A DNA stretch of 64,000 nucleotides from NCBI GenBank assembly GCA_964252035.1, contig OZ176209.1. One strand, given 5' to 3'. Below the pieces are notes generated by a model. It ran no database searches, was not told the origin of the DNA, and saw only the letters and a program-made list of their open reading frames with translations. Within the stretch, counting starts at the first letter, position 1, and the number at the start of each line of letters is the position of its first letter. Source of the stretch: Podarcis erhardii (Eukaryota). The translations under genes and the position numbers were made by a program. Below are positions 57,470-64,000 of this stretch, in pieces.

Positions 57470-58052
57470 AGCAATTTGCTGCTCCCCACCCCCACCCCCA
57501 CGAGCATCCCAGGAACACACAGCCTTCCCTCTGCTTGCAAACCTTGTCGGGGCTTCAGGGGAAAGCAGAGGCTGCCGGCAGAGCAGTGTGGCTCCTCCCC
57601 CCCCCCATCCCAGGAACACACAGCCTTCCCTCTGTTTGCAAACCTTGTCGGGGCTTCAGGGGGAAGCAGAGGCTGCCGGCAGAGCAGTGTGGCTCCTCCC
57701 CCCCCCATCCCAGGAACACACAGCCTTCCCTCTGCTTGCAAACCTTTTCAGGGCTTTAGGGGAAAGCAGAGGCTGCCGGCAGAGCCGCATGGCTCCTCCC
57801 CCCACCCCCAAAATGCAGCCCAGGAGCGCACAGCCTTCCCGCTGCCTGTGAACATTGCCGGGGCTTCAGGGGAAAGCGGAGGCTGCCGGCAGAGCACCGT
57901 GGCTCCTCCCCCCACCCCCAAAGAGCACCCCAGCAGCGCAGGGCAACAGCGATTTGTCCCCAGGGACCACACATTCGCTCCATAAGACGCACAGACATTT
58001 TCCCTTCCTTTTTAGGAGGGAAAAAGTGCGTCCAATGGAGCGAAAAATACGG
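57470..58052. mobile_element. Right part of a Tc1/mariner element with ~4 tandem ~100-bp GC-rich units
   Basis: Ends ATGGAGCGAAAAATACGG+TA; units start at 57505, 57606, 57706 and ~57819. Confidence 0.85.
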
Positions 58053-58341
58053 TATATATTAAGTTGTCCATAAATAAAACCTATTGCCTATGTGAACAAT
58101 TGAAGATAACGTCATACAATTAACTAAACCTTGGAATCACTGAAATCACTCCAATTATCTGAATCTACCTTATTTTCCACACATTGTGGGCAATATCTAA
58201 GTCACTGAACCAATTAATGCTGAATTGTACAAAACAATCCTATAGGAAATACAGAAAAACCTGCATCACCAGAAGAGCTATGAAACAAAAATGCTAGTCC
58301 CATATAACGGACTCAGGCCAAGTTTGGACATTGTGCTGAAC

Positions 58342-58478
58342 CAGGCATGGGGAGCCTGTGGCACTCCAGATATTGCTAGACTACAACACCCATCATCCTT
58401 TACCATTAACCACAATAGCTTGGGCTGATGCGAGTTGACAGTCCAGCTACTTTGGAGTGGCTTAAATTCCACACTCCT
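58342..58478. mobile_element. Short palindromic hAT-type MITE
   Basis: caggcatggggagcctgtg...actacaacacccatc...gatgcgagttgacagtcc; same family. Confidence 0.55.
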
Positions 58479-61400
58479 ACACTATACTGAAGCTTCAGTG
58501 ACACGAACAAGCTTAGGTGAGCCTTAGTCTCACACATACATGATCTCTCTCCTCCTCCACACAGCTGAGAGCAGACAGATGCTTCCACTTTTTCATTATT
58601 TGTCACTTCATCCAGATCAACAAACTGCTTAATGAGAACTATGATGTTTGAAACAAGCCAACTTGTTTCAAGGAACATTAATGTTTACCAGATTGGATGG
58701 AACAAACTAGTACAGCCAAAGCTTTCAAACCTCTGCCCAGCTGAGTGAGAGAAGAGGAGAATACAAGCCTGAGGCTCACCTAGGCTCATTCACTTCATGC
58801 TAAACTATGGTTTAGCATGACGTTGAAAAACAGCTTCCATGCAGAGGTTTGAAAGGTTAAAAAAGATGCAGGAAACTCAAGGACAGTTTGTCCTTTAACA
58901 AGTACCAAACTCCAAAACAACTTGTATCCATTCATGGTTAAGTATTTAGTGTAGCCCTGGGAGATTAGCAATAAACCTGGATCTTTTACACACATTTGTA
59001 TGGAAATACAGGAGGCCAGCATACCTAACATTTTAGCCCCAGGAGCTCTGCATACTTCTGAAGTAGCTTGGAAGTTGTATTACTCACTGTATTCACAAAG
59101 GATTAAAATAAATTACTTTTGCCTGTACAGTTACAAGTCTGATTTCTGATCTTCAGATCTTTGCTGTTTGACATACAAACTCATGCAGAGAGGCAAGACA
59201 AAGTAAAGGGGAAACAATAACTATCCTGATTTCTGCAGCTGCATTACTGGTAGTTTTGTCTTGCTTTTGGTTCTCTTTATTTAGCACATGCGAATAATGA
59301 AGTTGGTTTCCCTTAAACTGTTTCTGCTGAACTTTAATAGCTTTTTGTCCTGCTCAGTTGTAAACCCAATAGAATCATTCTCTATTTCAGGAACGTTACA
59401 GAAACACTATTTCCTATGAATGAATTTAAAAGGCAAAAGTGAAATGAAATGGATTATAGTCTCTGATTCTCTTTTCTAACTTGACCCTTCATGTTGTGGG
59501 TTACCGGTATGCCTAAATCTGCAATGTGTATGCCACCCTGAACCAAATTTGGCCTGCATACAAGGCTTGATCTTCCTCTTTCTAACTTGCCCCAGTATAC
59601 CAAAGTTTTCCCTCTGCTCTGCACAATCACACTCACTTATTATTATTAATCACCCACCCTTCCCCCTAAGGTCCCACAGTATGTCCAAATTTATCCCACT
59701 TTAGTGCATATTTCATAGCCCTCTGATGAGGGTGACAAGAGAAATTCCATTCTAGGATGAAGGTGGGGAGGGGGTGGGGAGTCAAGCCCCTAGGCAACCC
59801 CACCATCAAAACAAGATGCTGCTCACTGCTGCCTGGAGTCACCAACATAAGAGACACCAAATTTCAGAGTTAAAATTTCAGTACTACAGAACATCAGCTA
59901 AAAGAAAAAATACAAACAGAAACTTTAATAATAAAGTTCACTGCATTCTATTCAGTTTATTATTTTAAAAGGTAGGCTTGCACAGTGTCATCAGTGTGAA
60001 TGGTGCTTTACAGAGAAAAAAGACAGCTGGTCCCTGCCCAAAAAGTTTAAAATCCTACACAAGCAAAACAATAGAGGAAGGAAGTAGAAAAATGTATTCA
60101 ATTCATTTGCACTTAGGCTTAGCTTCCACAGATAATGTGGTTGTGCCAAAGGCTTCATAGATAAGGTGGACTTTTGAGAACGAGTTTGCGGGGTGGGGGA
60201 TGCAACATCCTATAGGTGGCTCAGGGAGGCAGCTGCAGTGAAGTCACCAACAAGGAAGAAAAGGCCAGAATAATTCAAAGGCTCTGTTTGCAAAGGAGCG
60301 CATGTCCCATCCAGGCCTAGGTGAGACCAGCTGACTAGCCTTAACTCCCACCTCCTTTGTGACTGAAATGGAAAAAAATCTGTTGCCTGTGATGGTGCTG
60401 CTGCACTGAGTGAGGAAGCCCCTTCCCAGAGGAATTATCTCAACTGGCACTGGTTGGTGCTTTGATAAATTATTTTTTAATACTATGAGTTACTATCAAA
60501 AGGCACTGTTTATTGAACTGAACTGAACTGAACACAGGCTGAAACCCGCATCCATTTTCATTAAGTTCTCCCCAAAGTTTCTTAATTGTGGAGACACACT
60601 ATTTCCCCCTGAATATGAGAGGCACACTTTGCTACTGAACTCGGAAAGCTTTCCTATTCATGTGCAAGGCTATGAATTTGCCACACTCGAAGGAGGCCAT
60701 CTCCTGGGTATTTCTGCTCGAGTCACTGTTCTAAGGAGTGCAAGTCTAGAAAAATGAGTCGTGCAGATGCACATCAGTGAGGCTTCTATGTGGTGGGTAG
60801 TTTTCTCCATTTTGGTTCCCAACAATTGGGGGGGGGGACATGGGGTGGAAACCAGCCCCATGCAGAGCTTATCTGAGGTCTGGGGTGGGAGTCTTGTTAT
60901 AGTTATAAACTCAAAAATAAAAAAGCAGCTGGTCCTGGGTTGCCCCCCTGGTCAGCTTAGCCCTCCAGGGCCCAGAGAAAGTGTACCCAGCTGCCCTCCC
61001 CCATCTTCATGGACCTGGTCGAAACACTTGGGCTCAATCTCAGCTACATTACAATCTTGGATTTTACTAATGCTTTTTATAGCCACTGAATTCTCCCTGG
61101 GTGTTGTTTTTGGGAAGGGAGCTTCTTCCCACCACTTATTTTTTGCACCCCCACAAACCTCAAGCTTACCCCAGTCTGTTTATCCCTCATATGAAGGTGG
61201 TAGCTTTAGCTATATTTGTGCAAGCATGCTAAGACTTGAAACAGAAATAAGGATATTTCCACTGGAAACCAACGGAAAATAATATTTCCTTGAATGGTAG
61301 GGCAAAAGTATTTTAAACTTTTACTTACAGCTTGTATAAACAAGTATTTAGAATCCTAGTTAAGCAACACATGCCTATAATAATTCTTTCATTCTGTAAC

Positions 61401-61781
61401 ATATTTGTTCAGATCAAGAGCTAATGTTCAAGTTAATGTTTTGTAATGAAGAAAAAACTGACAGGGTCAAAAGATTTCCACCAATATCCAATTTTAGTTT
61501 GGTACAGTACCTGGTTACGCAACTTTTCCTGAATGAATGCCAATGAACAGTAGGATTAAAGAACTGATTTCTACCTGAGCTTTAAGTGTGGGCTGTGGCT
61601 CTTCCTTTTTGTAGCATTCAACCTCTTGCATTTCATGTAGAGCTAGGAAAGAGAGCATCTACATTTTCCCAAGTGTGTGCTTTCTTTTCTTTTTCTCTCC
61701 TGCAAAGCTACCCATCCTCTATCACTGAAGGAAGAAATCTTTTGTTAGCTGTGGTAGGAGCTCTACAATTGTAGATGGTTA

Positions 61782-61952
<171 letters not shown>

Positions 61953-62019
61953 TTAAATTAAAAGAACGATTCAGACTCTAAATGTCTCAAAGCGAGCAGA
62001 GGCTGCTGGCGTTACTCAC

Positions 62020-62044
62020 CGCAGAAGGGAGTAGATGGGTAGAC
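62020..62044 (-). other. Candidate 25-nt frameshifting (poison) exon in intron 3
   Basis: About 40-nt near-pure pyrimidine tract ending ctcacag; donor GCG|GTGAGT; 68-nt intron to exon 4. Prediction only. Confidence 0.45.
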
Positions 62045-63764
62045 CTGTGAGAAAAGAAGAAGTGGAAGCAAAAAGAAGAGGGAGGACACCCTCAGTCACT
62101 CTGTTTCATCAACGTATCCCATGGGTCTTCCATTGCAAGGCCTTTGCAAGAAGTGAGGAACCAACAGTTAAAGGTTTTTATGTTCACCATTTATATATAT
62201 TATAATGGAACAGAATCGGGGGGAACATATGAAGATTTTACTCATAATGGTATATGATTGAATCCCAGGTTGAAGATAAACGGAGAAAAATAAAGTAAGA
62301 GACTAGCTAGACTACAAACCAAATACTTGTTAGACACACTTACCTTTCCTCCTTGTGAGAAAGGAGGTATGAGGCTTGTTTCAGCATCCCTGCCTGCCCT
62401 CTGCTGTAAAAAATTAGTACTGGAAAGAGTCCACAGCTAGTCTCTGACCTGTAACACTCCATTTACTTCTGTTTAGTGTCACTTTAAACAAAGCCTTGCA
62501 ATGAAAAACCCTGTGTTTATGAATAAAGGCTTCTTAAAAATTAATTTTTCAAAAATGTTCTGCAAAGGCCACTCACCAGAGCCCTTTTTACATACTTACC
62601 ATTTCACCTGCAGTACATTTTATAGGCCTACTGCAGATACAGGAAATAGTGAGGGACATCCTACAGGCAAAAATACTCAGAAATATAGAGAGATTGAGTT
62701 ATAGGCACAGAGGGCGAGATTCAATAAATCCTAATTTTAAAATCAATTTGTAGGAGGTGTATTATCCCTGATGCATCAAACCAATGCACCCTTCCATTTC
62801 ACAGAAATCTGCACTATATGAATCAGAGATATGTAAGAGCCAGAAATTACCAATAAGCAGAGAATTATTTCCTGCAAACAAACCAGATTGTATGCAAATT
62901 TACCAATCAATCACTTTTTACTTCCCTATCCATCTTCCCATGATTCAGTGGTGTTCCAGCCTTAACTGAAAGGGAGCATACTAATTCAATTGTTCAAAAA
63001 AGTCAGAATATGGCAGTTTTCCAATTGAAAGTTGATCATAACATATGGAAAAGAGACTGCTATGTTAAGGAAGTTGGTCATTTCCCACTGAATATTCTCC
63101 CCTTTCCACTAACATTAATTGTTTCTAGACTGGCTGGAAAGCAGGAAATGTTTCATTGTCACAAAGGCCAAGATATTTGCAAATGTGAATTTGTATTGTT
63201 AAAATCAGGTATTACAACTTCTGAAAACAGAACTTCAGAAATAGCTGTAGATTGCATTCTAAAAACACACACTAGCAGATGCAGACTAAAAAGGACCATC
63301 TTTTCCCTTGTTAGCTTGCATCCTTCACAAAACAAATAGCAGAACAGAGCTGTTAAAACCAATTATCTGGTCATAGTTTCAGACCAGCTGACAAAGCTAT
63401 TGTAGGGTACTTAAATGCAGCAGCCCAGAAATTTTAGGTATAAGGCAGAGGTTTGTATTTTTTAAAAAAAGAATTTTCATTCAAAACTCTGTGCTTCCCC
63501 TTAGTCCCAGTTCAGAACAGTTATTTCAAAGGATGGAAATACTTTGGTTTTATCAAGTGTTCTGCTAAGTGAATGAGCCTACACACCTTGAGAAGATTCT
63601 TTAAGAGAATACTAATATCAGGGACCCATATTTTATGAGACCTAAAACTCCAGAATTTTCAGGGATGAAGCTTTTTTCATTTCCTTTTTTTGCTTTGTGA
63701 GAATTGGAAAATTCTATTAGGCAAATTTTCAAGTAAGAACTGCTAAAACAAACCAGATGCTTAC

Positions 63765-63985
63765 CTATCACACTCTTGGCAAAGGAAGCCCGCTTCAAGG
63801 TTGCCAGACCCAAGTCTCCTATCTTGACTGATCCTGTGGGGCCAGTAATAAATATGTTGTCACACTTCAAGTCACGGTGGATAATGGGAGGAGTACGCGT
63901 GTGCAAGAACTGCAAACCCTTCAGTATTTGCCGGCACCAGCTTCGCAGTACTTTGATTTTCATCACTTTAAACCTTTTTAAGTAC
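63765..63985 (-). CDS. WNK1: WNK1 exon 3 ([23 protein letters not shown]...HRDLKCDN...DLG...SFAKSVI)
   Basis: cctag|G and G|GTAAGC; 221 nt; catalytic loop and activation-loop serines. Confidence 0.99.
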
Positions 63986-64000
63986 CTAGGGAAAGAGCCA

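Noticed and set aside
57428-58073. Multiple overlapping ORFs up to 169 aa
   Set aside because: Produced by GC-rich tandem units inside a MITE.
60761-61282. 173-aa plus-strand ORF
   Set aside because: Starts at GTG, no domain similarity, no splice or promoter support; intronic antisense.

Overview
Vertebrate genomic DNA, most likely from a lacertid lizard (inferred from Sauria/Squam1, Squam2 and Squam3 SINEs and BovB fragments). The whole window lies inside the WNK1 kinase gene on the minus strand. It runs from exon 3 (kinase domain, ~63.9 kb) to beyond exon 26b (~0.8 kb); exons 1-2 and 27-28 are outside the window. Exon numbers follow human WNK1, and human comparisons are recalled from memory. 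I placed 29 exons with GT-AG sites and continuous reading phase. These include the kidney-specific first exon 4a (KS-WNK1), the neural exons 8b, HSN2, 26a and 26b, and the cassettes 9-12. Introns hold SINEs, BovB/L2/L1 fragments, hAT and Tc1/mariner MITEs, a solo LTR and microsatellites. The most interesting observations are: (1) candidate unrecognised in-frame cassette exons, including a Cys/Trp-rich 54-nt exon in intron 12 (QNVMPMWRPCCPWLCCWE) and a 111-nt exon after 26b; (2) candidate poison exons, including a 25-nt exon that would interrupt the kinase activation loop; (3) apparent loss of the NEDD4-2 PY motifs from exons 11/12, with a PPxY in exon 8; (4) an inverted SINE pair bracketing exons 10-20. 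All candidate exons are predictions from splice signals alone, and pseudo-exons occur commonly by chance.
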